A DNA stretch of 57,143 nucleotides, taken from NCBI GenBank assembly GCA_002938035.1, contig PTLH01000002.1, forward strand, positions 1-57,143, written 5' to 3'. The notes below the pieces were generated by a model. That model searched no databases. It was not told the origin of the DNA and saw only the letters and a program-made list of their open reading frames with translations. This DNA comes from Alphaproteobacteria bacterium MarineAlpha3_Bin6 (GTDB lineage Bacteria; Pseudomonadota; Alphaproteobacteria; Rhodospirillales; UBA2165). Positions within the stretch are counted from its first letter, which is position 1. Each line of letters starts with the position of its first letter. Shown here one piece after another: positions 1 through 8,496 of this stretch. The translations under genes were made by a program, and so were the position numbers.

Positions 1-43
1 TATTCCCAACAACCTTTACCTAAACGGCGGGACGAGAAAAGTC

Positions 44-1297
44 ATGGATGAAACGGTCACTTTGGAACTGACAGTTAACGGCATCAACTACCGACGGCCA
101 CGGAAACCGATCGTAGTGGTTTGCGTGGATGGCGGCGACGCAACCTATTACGAACAAGGTCTCAAGGACGGCATTCTCCCTAACCTCCGTCGCTTCATGG
201 ATAATGGGTTCTCGGATCTTGCGGATGGCGTCGTGCCGAGCTTCACCAACCCCAACAACCTGTCGATCGTCACCGGCACGCCACCGGCTATCCATGGGAT
301 CTCAGGAAATTTTTTTCTGGAACCGAAAAGCGGCAAAGCTGTAATGATGAATAATCCGGACTTTTTACGTGTGGAAACATTGTTCGCCGCTTATTCACGG
401 ATCGGAGGTCAAGTTGTTGTCATTACTGCCAAGGACAAGCTGCGCTTGCTGCTGGGGAAGGGAATGAGGAACGGCATCTGTTTTTCTTCAGAAAAAGCTG
501 ACACCTGTACATTAAGAGAGCACGGTATTGAGGATGTCCTCGAGTTGGTGGGGTGGCCGTTACCGGATGTCTATTCCGCCGAGTTGTCGCTGTTTGCAAT
601 GGAGGCCGGCATCAAACTCCTTGAGCGTGACAAGCCGGACCTAATGTATCTCTCACTCACGGACTATATCCAGCACACCTACGCACCCGGATCGCAGGAA
701 GCCAACCAATTTTATTCCTGTCTTGATGACGCCTTTGGGCGATTGGAGGCCCTTGGAGCATTAGTCGCGATTACCGCCGACCATGGTATGAACGACAAAT
801 CAAGGGACGATAACACACCTAATGTCATTTATCTCCAGGATCATCTGGACAACATGCTGGGCGTTGGCACCACCCGGGTAATCCTTCCCATCACCGACCC
901 ATACGTTGCACATCACGGCGCCCTTGGTGGTTTTGCCCGTATTTATTGCCTCGATGGATTTTCCCCCGTGACCGTAATTGAATCCGTCCTTACCTTAAGA
1001 GGCATTGAGGGTGTTTACGATCGCAATGAAGTTTGTGAGATTTTTGATCTTCCACCCGACATTGAGGGCGATGTAGCAGTAATTTCAGATGCACGGACTG
1101 TTATAGGTTCCTCGGAATCTAAACACGATTTATCTCAACTCAAGGGGAAGAGGCTTCGTTCCCACGGTGGCGTTTCTGAACGCCGGGTACCATTCATTAT
1201 GTCGGAACCTCTGAATGAAACCTATAAAAAGAGAGCCGAATTAGGCACCCTTAGAAATTTTGATATATTCGATTTTGCAGTTAACGGAACGGTGTAG
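44..1297 (+). CDS. phnA: phosphonoacetate hydrolase (alkaline phosphatase / nucleotide pyrophosphatase superfamily)
   Basis: 417-aa ORF. Motifs: VVCVDGGD (metal-binding Asp region), PSFTNPNNLSIVTG (nucleophile Thr region), ITADHGMN, RSHGGVSE. Near full-length colinearity with characterised PhnA as I recall it. Confidence 0.85.
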   Translation: MDETVTLELTVNGINYRRPRKPIVVVCVDGGDATYYEQGLKDGILPNLRRFMDNGFSDLADGVVPSFTNPNNLSIVTGTPPAIHGISGNFFLEPKSGKAVMMNNPDFLRVETLFAAYSRIGGQVVVITAKDKLRLLLGKGMRNGICFSSEKADTCTLREHGIEDVLELVGWPLPDVYSAELSLFAMEAGIKLLERDKPDLMYLSLTDYIQHTYAPGSQEANQFYSCLDDAFGRLEALGALVAITADHGMNDKSRDDNTPNVIYLQDHLDNMLGVGTTRVILPITDPYVAHHGALGGFARIYCLDGFSPVTVIESVLTLRGIEGVYDRNEVCEIFDLPPDIEGDVAVISDARTVIGSSESKHDLSQLKGKRLRSHGGVSERRVPFIMSEPLNETYKKRAELGTLRNFDIFDFAVNGTV

Positions 1298-1309
1298 GAC
1301 TGCCAACCG

Positions 1310-2212
1310 CTATTGAGAACGAAGCTTAGGATCAAGAACATCGCGTAAGGCGTCTCCAAATAAATTAAAACCGAAGACTGCGAGGCTGATAGCGAGCCCC
1401 GGAAAGATCGCCATCCACGGAGCACTTTCAGCGTACTCTTCGGCTCCTCCTTGTAGCATTAATCCCCAAGCAGGTGTTGGTTCCTGTACACCGAGACCGA
1501 GAAACGTAAGTGACGCCTCAAGAAGAATAGCCTGTCCGACAAACGCCGTAATCATGATCAAATATGGGGCCATCACGTTGGGCACCATATGGCGTAGAAT
1601 GATCCGTCGATGGTTAAATCCCAGCGCACGGGCCGCATCGACGTAAGGAATTTCACGAATAGAAAGGGCGCTTGAACGAACAACCCGAGCACACCTTGGA
1701 ATAAACGGAATGGTAATGGCAATGATCAAGTTTTCAACACCTGTACCAAATATAGATACGACGGCTAATGCCAGGATGATAAGCGGAAAGGCCATGAATA
1801 CATCCATAACCCGTTGAAAAATTAAATCGAACAGACCACCGAAATAGGCGCTGCTAACTCCAAGAACCAAACCCGCTGTAGCACCAATAAACGCGGATAC
1901 AAATCCGACGACAAGCGCGGTTCGTGCGCCGTATATTAACCGCGATAAGACATCCCGACCAAATTGGTCAGTCCCCAACCAGTGCGTCCCATCAGGGGGA
2001 ATGTGCATGGATCCATAATCATTAACTATAGGATCAAACGGGGCAACGAGATTAGCAAATACGGCTAAAAAAACCATGATAATCACAATAAAGGCGCCTG
2101 CCGCACCTAGCGGCTGCTGCCGGATCAAATCGAATAAGGAAACCAGCCACGGCTTACTTGCCGCAGGTTCTTCGATTTCTTTTCCAGGTATGGTTTGAGA
2201 AACGGCGTCCAT
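1310..2212 (-). CDS. ABC transporter permease, peptide/opine/nickel family (DppC/OppC-like)
   Basis: 300 aa, multi-pass hydrophobic. Has the N-terminal OppC-type extension and an EAA-like loop (SSALSIREIPYVDAARALG). Last gene of a 5-gene minus-strand operon. Confidence 0.85.
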   Translation of the reverse strand: MDAVSQTIPGKEIEEPAASKPWLVSLFDLIRQQPLGAAGAFIVIIMVFLAVFANLVAPFDPIVNDYGSMHIPPDGTHWLGTDQFGRDVLSRLIYGARTALVVGFVSAFIGATAGLVLGVSSAYFGGLFDLIFQRVMDVFMAFPLIILALAVVSIFGTGVENLIIAITIPFIPRCARVVRSSALSIREIPYVDAARALGFNHRRIILRHMVPNVMAPYLIMITAFVGQAILLEASLTFLGLGVQEPTPAWGLMLQGGAEEYAESAPWMAIFPGLAISLAVFGFNLFGDALRDVLDPKLRSQ

Positions 2213-2223
2213 ATTCGACTCTC

Positions 2224-3195
2224 TTAGCTATAGCGAATGCGCGGATCAAGCCACGCATAGAAAATATCGACAATTAAATTGGTGAACACAAATATGGTCA
2301 CCACAACCATGACCAATGCCTGCGTCAGGGTGAAGTCATGATGATCCACAGCTTCCACGAATAATTTACCTAACCCATTCAAGTTAAACACCTGCTCGGT
2401 AACTACCAATCCACCCATAAGGAAGGCGAACTCTATACCGATGACTGTGACCACTGGTAGCATTGCATTTTTCAAGGCGTGGCGGTTGATAATCACTTTT
2501 TCCAGCAATCCCTTTGCCCGGGCAGTGCGGACATAATCTTCGCGCAGAACTTCAAGAAGGGTCGAACGGGTCATACGTGTTGCCACCGCTGAATAACGGT
2601 AGCCCGTTGCGATTGCCGGCCATAGCAACTGACTGAGATTGTGCATGGGGTCCTCCCAGATCGGTTTAAATTGAATGGGTGGCATCCACGGGGTTCCGGA
2701 AAAATATTGCGTGGTGATCAGAAGTCCAAGAATTATGATAATACCCAGCCAAAATGAAGGTATGGCGATGCCGGCGATGCTGAAAGCGCGGACAAAATAA
2801 TCTATCCATGTGTTTTGTTTGATGGCGGAGATTGTACCGAGAGGAATAGAAATGACGATTGCGGAGAGTGTCGCCATGATTGCCACCTGCAGCGATAGGT
2901 GAAAGCGGAGACCGATTTCGTAGCTGATAGGTTGCCCTGTCCACATGGATATCCCTAAATCAAACCTGATAAACCCCCAAATGAAATCTACAAACTGCAG
3001 CCAGAGGGATTTGTCGATGCCCATGATGGCACGGCAGGTATTAAGGGTTTCTTCGTCGACGAGGCCACCTTCGCCAGCTAGGCGCATATCGCATATATCA
3101 CCCGGGATTAACCGCAGCAGAAGGAATACGAGGACTGCTGCCCCAAACAGGGTTGGTATCACGAGCAAAAGGCGCTTGATGATGTATTGATACAT
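2224..3195 (-). CDS. ABC transporter permease, peptide/opine/nickel family (DppB/OppB-like)
   Basis: 323 aa. Starts MYQYIIKRLLLVIPTLFG, typical of DppB/OppB, and has an EAA loop (DYVRTARAKGL). Lies 11 nt upstream of the second permease. Confidence 0.85.
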   Translation of the reverse strand: MYQYIIKRLLLVIPTLFGAAVLVFLLLRLIPGDICDMRLAGEGGLVDEETLNTCRAIMGIDKSLWLQFVDFIWGFIRFDLGISMWTGQPISYEIGLRFHLSLQVAIMATLSAIVISIPLGTISAIKQNTWIDYFVRAFSIAGIAIPSFWLGIIIILGLLITTQYFSGTPWMPPIQFKPIWEDPMHNLSQLLWPAIATGYRYSAVATRMTRSTLLEVLREDYVRTARAKGLLEKVIINRHALKNAMLPVVTVIGIEFAFLMGGLVVTEQVFNLNGLGKLFVEAVDHHDFTLTQALVMVVVTIFVFTNLIVDIFYAWLDPRIRYS

Positions 3196-3326
3196 AGGGA
3201 GCTCGACTGTTTCTTTTTACGTCGTCGCGATTAGAACCAACGACAGCCGTCGGGGTGGTGGAAATTGTACTGCGCTCCCCCTTCCGCTCTTAACGGGTGA
3301 GGGAACGCAGTACCAGTACTCAAACG

Positions 3327-4937
3327 CTATTCGTCAAGCCAGACATTGGCGAGATCGAGATTGAGATAGTGGCTGGGCGATATTTTCCAGCCTTTGACCT
3401 TTGCGTGGTGTGGAATGATCCGGTACCACCAGAGGGTCGGCAGGGCCCAAGCTTTCTCGTCGAGAACCCTTGTTTCGTAAGCACGCATGATCTTGCGCTG
3501 TTCGACAGGATCGCCGGAGCGGTTCATTTTGTTGAACATCTCATCCACTTCCCGATCCACATACTGGCCATTACTGGACCCACTGACATCGGAGGACAAG
3601 TACTTGGAAACGTCCAGCAGCGGGTTCACAATCGACTGGCAGTTGAAGTCCATCGAAACATCGAAGTCCTTCTTCTTTCGGAGGGTCGCGTAGAAAGGTC
3701 CTGACGGCTGCACCCTCTGCTTGACCTTGAGCCCAACCTGACGCCATTGATCAATCAGCCACGTACCCACGATCTTATAGGGCTGATCGACGCCGCGATT
3801 ATGGAACTCAAACTCAAAGCCTTCGGGAACACCAGCCTCTTTCAGCAGGCGCTTCGCTTCTGCACGCGATTGTTTGATATCCGGCCAAAATCCAGGAATT
3901 TTTTGCAATTCTTCCTTGGTTGCTGCCAACGGATGACCGGGGAAGACAACGCCGCCAACCGTTTTTACGATGGCGATTTTTGACAAGTACTTTGAACCAC
4001 CCCAACGGTCAATGGCCAGAGATAACGCCCGACGGACGCGGGCGTCGTCGAACGGCTTGCGCTTGGAGTTGGGGGTGACCATCAGGACACAGTTCCAATC
4101 GCTTTCCTGGACAGTGAGTTTATCACCGAGGGCTTTCTTCAGGTCATCCCGACTTTTGGGCGGAAAACCTCGGAACTGAATATATGCGCGGCCCCCGCGG
4201 ATAGCCTGAACATTGATCGACTGCTTTTTGGCAAAGATGGCTTCTGTACCGTCCAGATACGGCTGTCCCTTGCGGTAATAATTGGGGTTACGCTTGCCCT
4301 TGATAAAGGCACCGGGCTGCCATTCGACGAACATGAAAGGACCCGAACCCATTACGTTCTTCTCGTAATAGTGCTGGTCTTTGTCCAGGAGTTTTTTTGC
4401 GTATATAAAATTGTAGGGCATGGCTACCGCCGGTATGAACGCGCCCGAAGGGTATTTAAGATCGAAAACAATAGTCGTGTCGTCTGGTGCAGAAATACTG
4501 TCGACCATAAGGAAATAGGCCTTACGTGCACTCAAAACGCCTTTTGGTGGGTTAACGATCCGGTCGAAGCTAGCCTTGATGTCCTTGGCAGTGAGCTTGG
4601 AGCCATCATGAAATTTGACGTCGTCACGGATTTTGAAAGTAAATCTCTTGCCGTAATTTGTTGCCTTCGGGACATCGCCGACACAGAGATCGCATCTGAA
4701 GTCGGTGGTTGATGCCGGATTGGAGGGATTGATCCGGATCAGAACGCTATAGTATTGCGCAAACGGATGTATAGTCCCGAAAGTTGTTTCCCGGTGTCCG
4801 TCGGCACTCGGCGGATTGCTGGGGATTATATACTTGAGAATGCCGCCGCGTTTTTGCGCCATGGCGCCGCCGGTAGAAATACCGATAGCCACGCAAGTTG
4901 CAATGGCGAACGACATAAGTCGATTAATTCGTTTCAT
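3327..4937 (-). CDS. ABC transporter substrate-binding protein, family 5 (peptide/opine/nickel type)
   Basis: Start refined to ATG 4937 (MKRINRLMSFAIATCVAIGISTGGAMAQ is a signal peptide), preceded by GGGAAGGAAAGA. The longer ORF-track start at 5063 would overlap the upstream ATPase gene. Confidence 0.85.
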   Translation of the reverse strand: MKRINRLMSFAIATCVAIGISTGGAMAQKRGGILKYIIPSNPPSADGHRETTFGTIHPFAQYYSVLIRINPSNPASTTDFRCDLCVGDVPKATNYGKRFTFKIRDDVKFHDGSKLTAKDIKASFDRIVNPPKGVLSARKAYFLMVDSISAPDDTTIVFDLKYPSGAFIPAVAMPYNFIYAKKLLDKDQHYYEKNVMGSGPFMFVEWQPGAFIKGKRNPNYYRKGQPYLDGTEAIFAKKQSINVQAIRGGRAYIQFRGFPPKSRDDLKKALGDKLTVQESDWNCVLMVTPNSKRKPFDDARVRRALSLAIDRWGGSKYLSKIAIVKTVGGVVFPGHPLAATKEELQKIPGFWPDIKQSRAEAKRLLKEAGVPEGFEFEFHNRGVDQPYKIVGTWLIDQWRQVGLKVKQRVQPSGPFYATLRKKKDFDVSMDFNCQSIVNPLLDVSKYLSSDVSGSSNGQYVDREVDEMFNKMNRSGDPVEQRKIMRAYETRVLDEKAWALPTLWWYRIIPHHAKVKGWKISPSHYLNLDLANVWLDE

Positions 4938-5047
4938 TGCTCTTTCCTTCCCTGTAGTTTGGGATGTTAAACCATCCCGGTTAATTGCTGTCGCACCGCG
5001 CCAGCAAAAGCATACTAACCTATTTTTTACACTTCTGTACCTAAATT

Positions 5048-6079
5048 TTATACTTCTGTACAAGCCACCCAGTGTCCTGGCTTAATTTCGCGTAATCCAG
5101 GTATTTCCTCTTTACAATTATCCACCGCTTTCGGGCATCTTGGATGAAAGACGCAACCGGATGGTGGGTTCATCGGACTTGGCACTTCTCCCTGTATCAC
5201 ACGGTGTTCACGCTGCCGCTCTATCTCTGGATCAGGGATAGGGACCGATCCAAGTAAAGCCTGCGTATACGGATTTAATGGATTGTCGAACAATTCATCG
5301 CATTCGGCAAGCTCAACGAGTTTGCCCAGATACATCACCGCTACCCGATGGCATAGGTGTCGAACCACGCTTAAGTCGTGGGCTATAAATAGGTAGGTTA
5401 GATCAAACTCGTCACGGAGATCTTCAAGTAAATTTATCACCTGGGCCTGAATAGATACGTCGAGGGCAGATACGGCCTCATCACATACGATGAACTCAGG
5501 ATTTAGAGAGAGAGCCCTCGCAATTCCAATTCTTTGCCGCTGACCGCCACTCATTTCGTGGGGATAGCGATCCGCCATCTTTGGGGATAGACCGCACACG
5601 GAAAGGAGTTCATTGACCCGTTTATTCCTTGTTGCCGGGTCAGGTTCAATCCCGTGGACACGCATCGGCTCTGAAATAATTTGGCCAATTTTCATGCGGG
5701 GATTTAGCGAGCTATAGGGATCCTGGAAAATGACCTGAATACGTTGCCGTAATTTGTTAAGTTCCCGTCTATCGACGGTATCCATATCGGTTCCATCATA
5801 AATGATCTGTCCCGATGTGGGGCGCTCCAGCTGAAGAATGCAGCGTCCAGTCGTTGTTTTGCCGCACCCCGATTCTCCCACTAGACCGAGAGTTTCTCCT
5901 TTGAGTATTTTGAAGCTAATATCATCAATCGCCTTAACGTCAGCTACCTTTTTTTGGATGACTATGCCCTCGGTTACCGGAAAATATTTTTTGAGGTTCT
6001 TTATCTCGACGAGAGGCTTGGTAGTGTCAGTTTGTGCCATACGTTGCCTAGTCTCTTGTTTCACCATTTCTGCACTCAT
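5048..6079 (-). CDS. ABC transporter ATP-binding protein (DppF/OppF-like)
   Basis: Walker [10 protein letters not shown], signature MSGGQRQR, Walker [14 protein letters not shown]-terminal oligopeptide-type extension carrying Cys residues. ATGA overlap with the upstream ATPase. Confidence 0.9.
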   Translation of the reverse strand: MSAEMVKQETRQRMAQTDTTKPLVEIKNLKKYFPVTEGIVIQKKVADVKAIDDISFKILKGETLGLVGESGCGKTTTGRCILQLERPTSGQIIYDGTDMDTVDRRELNKLRQRIQVIFQDPYSSLNPRMKIGQIISEPMRVHGIEPDPATRNKRVNELLSVCGLSPKMADRYPHEMSGGQRQRIGIARALSLNPEFIVCDEAVSALDVSIQAQVINLLEDLRDEFDLTYLFIAHDLSVVRHLCHRVAVMYLGKLVELAECDELFDNPLNPYTQALLGSVPIPDPEIERQREHRVIQGEVPSPMNPPSGCVFHPRCPKAVDNCKEEIPGLREIKPGHWVACTEV

Positions 6080-7074
6080 GACACCATTCTCTCTTCTTCA
6101 ACGATAGCGTCTCGTTCCCAGCATGCCGCATGGTGACCTTCTTCCACTAATTCCAAAGGCGGAATTTCGGTTTGACATCGTTCGGTGGCAAATCGACACC
6201 GTGGTCTGAATGCACATCCATCGTCAAGCCGTGTTAGGTCAGGTGGTTGCTTCGGAATTGGGACAAGACGCTCCGTTCTCGGCAGGTCGAGCCTAGGTAC
6301 AGACTGAAGAAGTCCCAGCGTATAGGGATGGCGTGCACGATGATAAATATCGGCGGCACTTCCACTCTCCACTATTTTACCCGCATACATTACGTTGACC
6401 CGATCGGCGTATCGGGCAACCACACCAAGATTATGAGTAATGATAATCAAGGCAACACCCAACCGTTTGGTCAGGCTTTTCATGAGTTCGAGGATTTGAG
6501 CTTGAATGGTGACGTCAAGTGCGGTGGTTGGTTCATCTGCAATTATCAGCTTAGGCTCACAACTGAGTGCCATTGCAATCATGACGCGTTGGCGCATGCC
6601 TCCACTAAAATGATGAGGATACTGTTTGAGACGGTGTTCAGCGTCTGAGATGCCTACTAATTCCAAAAGCTCTACCGCACGTCCTCGGGCCGTTTCCAGA
6701 CTTGCCGAGAGGTGATGCATGATGGTTTCGGTGAGTTGCCGTTCGATGGTGAGAACAGGGTTAAGGGATGTCATCGGTTCCTGAAAAACCATGGTAATGT
6801 CTCGCCCTCGGACATTACGTATTTCGTTGTCGCTTAACTCCAAAAGATTTTTACCGGAAAAATTAATACTGCCACCAACAATGCGGCCAGGTGGTTCAGG
6901 GATTAGCCGCAAAACAGATAGAGCACTTACCGATTTACCACATCCCGACTCGCCAACTATGGCAACAGTTTCTCCTTCGTCAACTGTATATGATATCCCG
7001 TCTACCGCCTTCACAGTGCCGGCGGACGTAAAAAATTGAGTTCGCAAGTCATCGATTTCTAGGAGGACAGTCAA
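6076..7074 (-). CDS. ABC transporter ATP-binding protein (DppD/OppD-like)
   Basis: Walker A GESGCGKS, signature FSGGMRQR, Walker [13 protein letters not shown]. The only available start is TTG at 7074. First gene of the transporter operon. Confidence 0.9.
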   Translation of the reverse strand: MTVLLEIDDLRTQFFTSAGTVKAVDGISYTVDEGETVAIVGESGCGKSVSALSVLRLIPEPPGRIVGGSINFSGKNLLELSDNEIRNVRGRDITMVFQEPMTSLNPVLTIERQLTETIMHHLSASLETARGRAVELLELVGISDAEHRLKQYPHHFSGGMRQRVMIAMALSCEPKLIIADEPTTALDVTIQAQILELMKSLTKRLGVALIIITHNLGVVARYADRVNVMYAGKIVESGSAADIYHRARHPYTLGLLQSVPRLDLPRTERLVPIPKQPPDLTRLDDGCAFRPRCRFATERCQTEIPPLELVEEGHHAACWERDAIVEEERMVS

Positions 7075-7299
7075 AAAGGTTCCACCCCATGTTTTAGCAA
7101 TCGCTTATTACCGATCGCATCAATTGGTCTTACGGTATGCAACGTCTAACAAAATGTCAATTGGCAACAAATCACTATAAAAACTTCTGAACTGGCGGGA
7201 AAAATTGATGCCCGTTTAGGGTCTATTCGTCTACCGACTTTGGTATGCGACAATTGATCTTATAGCGTCGGTATTGAGGATCCCCAGTGATGGGTTTCT

Positions 7300-8469
7300 T
7301 TAGTGGTTTTCTTGTAAATAGTTCATCGCCACAGCGACGCCTCCCTTTTGAAACTCCACGCCAGATAGATTGAGCGCCATTTCCACACCAGTCAAAGTTC
7401 CGGTCAACATGAGGTCGTTGAAATCACCCATGTGGCCAATGCGAAATGCTTTCTTCGATAGTTTCCCCAGGCCGGTACCAAGCGAAATATTAAATTTTTC
7501 CAACGCTAAACGGCGGACTTCGTCAGCGTCAACACCATCAGGCAAGAGTAAAGCTGTGAGCGAATTGCTATGGTTTTCAGGCTGCCTGCAAACGGTTTCC
7601 AATCCCCACGCCTGGGCAGCAGCTCGTGTCGCCGCGCCGTATCTCGCATGCCGCGCGTAAACTTGTGTCATCCCCTCATCAAAAAGGAGTTTCTGTGCCT
7701 CGGCTAACCCATACAACAAGTTAGTTGGCGGCGTATAGGGAAAAAAACCGTTGCCATTTGCATCTATGATAGCCTCCCAGTTCCAGTAGGCTTTTGGTAA
7801 GCTTGCCGACTTTGCAGCTTTACGGGCCTTGTTACTGACTACGTTGAGCCCAAGACCTGGTGGCAACATCAGCCCTTTCTGTGATCCACCGACAGTAACG
7901 TCAACGCCCCATTCTTTATGATGGTAGGGAAGAGACGCTAGAGACGATACGGTATCCACAAGCAGAAGAGCGGGATGATTTGCGGCATCCATCGCCTGTC
8001 GAATTGAACCTATATCGCTGGTTACGGCCGTCGATGTTTCATTGTGAACGATGCAGACTGCCTTAATATTGGCTGATGTATCCTCTCTGAGGATAGTCTC
8101 CAGGCGATCGGGATCAACCGCCGAACGCCAATCTCCCTGTTCAAACATTACATCCAGTCCTAATTCCAATGCTATGACTTTCCACAGTGTGGCAAATTGA
8201 CCTGTTTCAAAGGCTAGCACTTTTTCCCCTGGTGACAGGCAGTTGATAAGCGCTGCTACCCAAGCACCGGTCCCCGATGAAGGGTACATGACTACCGGGT
8301 CCTGGAAATCAAACAATGACTCAAACCCATTTAAGATCGCTTTTGTCAGAACTTGAAACTCTGGTCCGCGATGATCAATCGTCGCCCTGGCCATGGCAAG
8401 GAGGACCGTTTCGGGAACATTGCTGGGTCCGGGAACTTGCAGAAAGTGGTGTCCCGTCAACTTTTTCAT
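7300..8469 (-). CDS. class V (AGXT / serine-glyoxylate type) PLP-dependent aminotransferase
   Basis: 389 aa. N-terminus HFLQVPGPSNVPETVL and PLP-lysine context GGSQKGLMLPPGLG are typical of the alanine/serine-glyoxylate aminotransferase family. AAGGAGAA lies 7 nt before the ATG, and the gene starts 27 nt after the upstream oxidase stop. Confidence 0.8.
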   Translation of the reverse strand: MKKLTGHHFLQVPGPSNVPETVLLAMARATIDHRGPEFQVLTKAILNGFESLFDFQDPVVMYPSSGTGAWVAALINCLSPGEKVLAFETGQFATLWKVIALELGLDVMFEQGDWRSAVDPDRLETILREDTSANIKAVCIVHNETSTAVTSDIGSIRQAMDAANHPALLLVDTVSSLASLPYHHKEWGVDVTVGGSQKGLMLPPGLGLNVVSNKARKAAKSASLPKAYWNWEAIIDANGNGFFPYTPPTNLLYGLAEAQKLLFDEGMTQVYARHARYGAATRAAAQAWGLETVCRQPENHSNSLTALLLPDGVDADEVRRLALEKFNISLGTGLGKLSKKAFRIGHMGDFNDLMLTGTLTGVEMALNLSGVEFQKGGVAVAMNYLQENH

Positions 8470-8496
8470 AAATGGTTCTCCTTAGGTCTGGGAGGC

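Noticed and set aside
4938-5063. 42-codon N-terminal extension of the substrate-binding protein ORF
   Set aside because: It overlaps the 3' end of the upstream ATPase gene. It lacks signal-peptide character. The internal ATG 4937 is followed by a textbook signal peptide and preceded by an SD.
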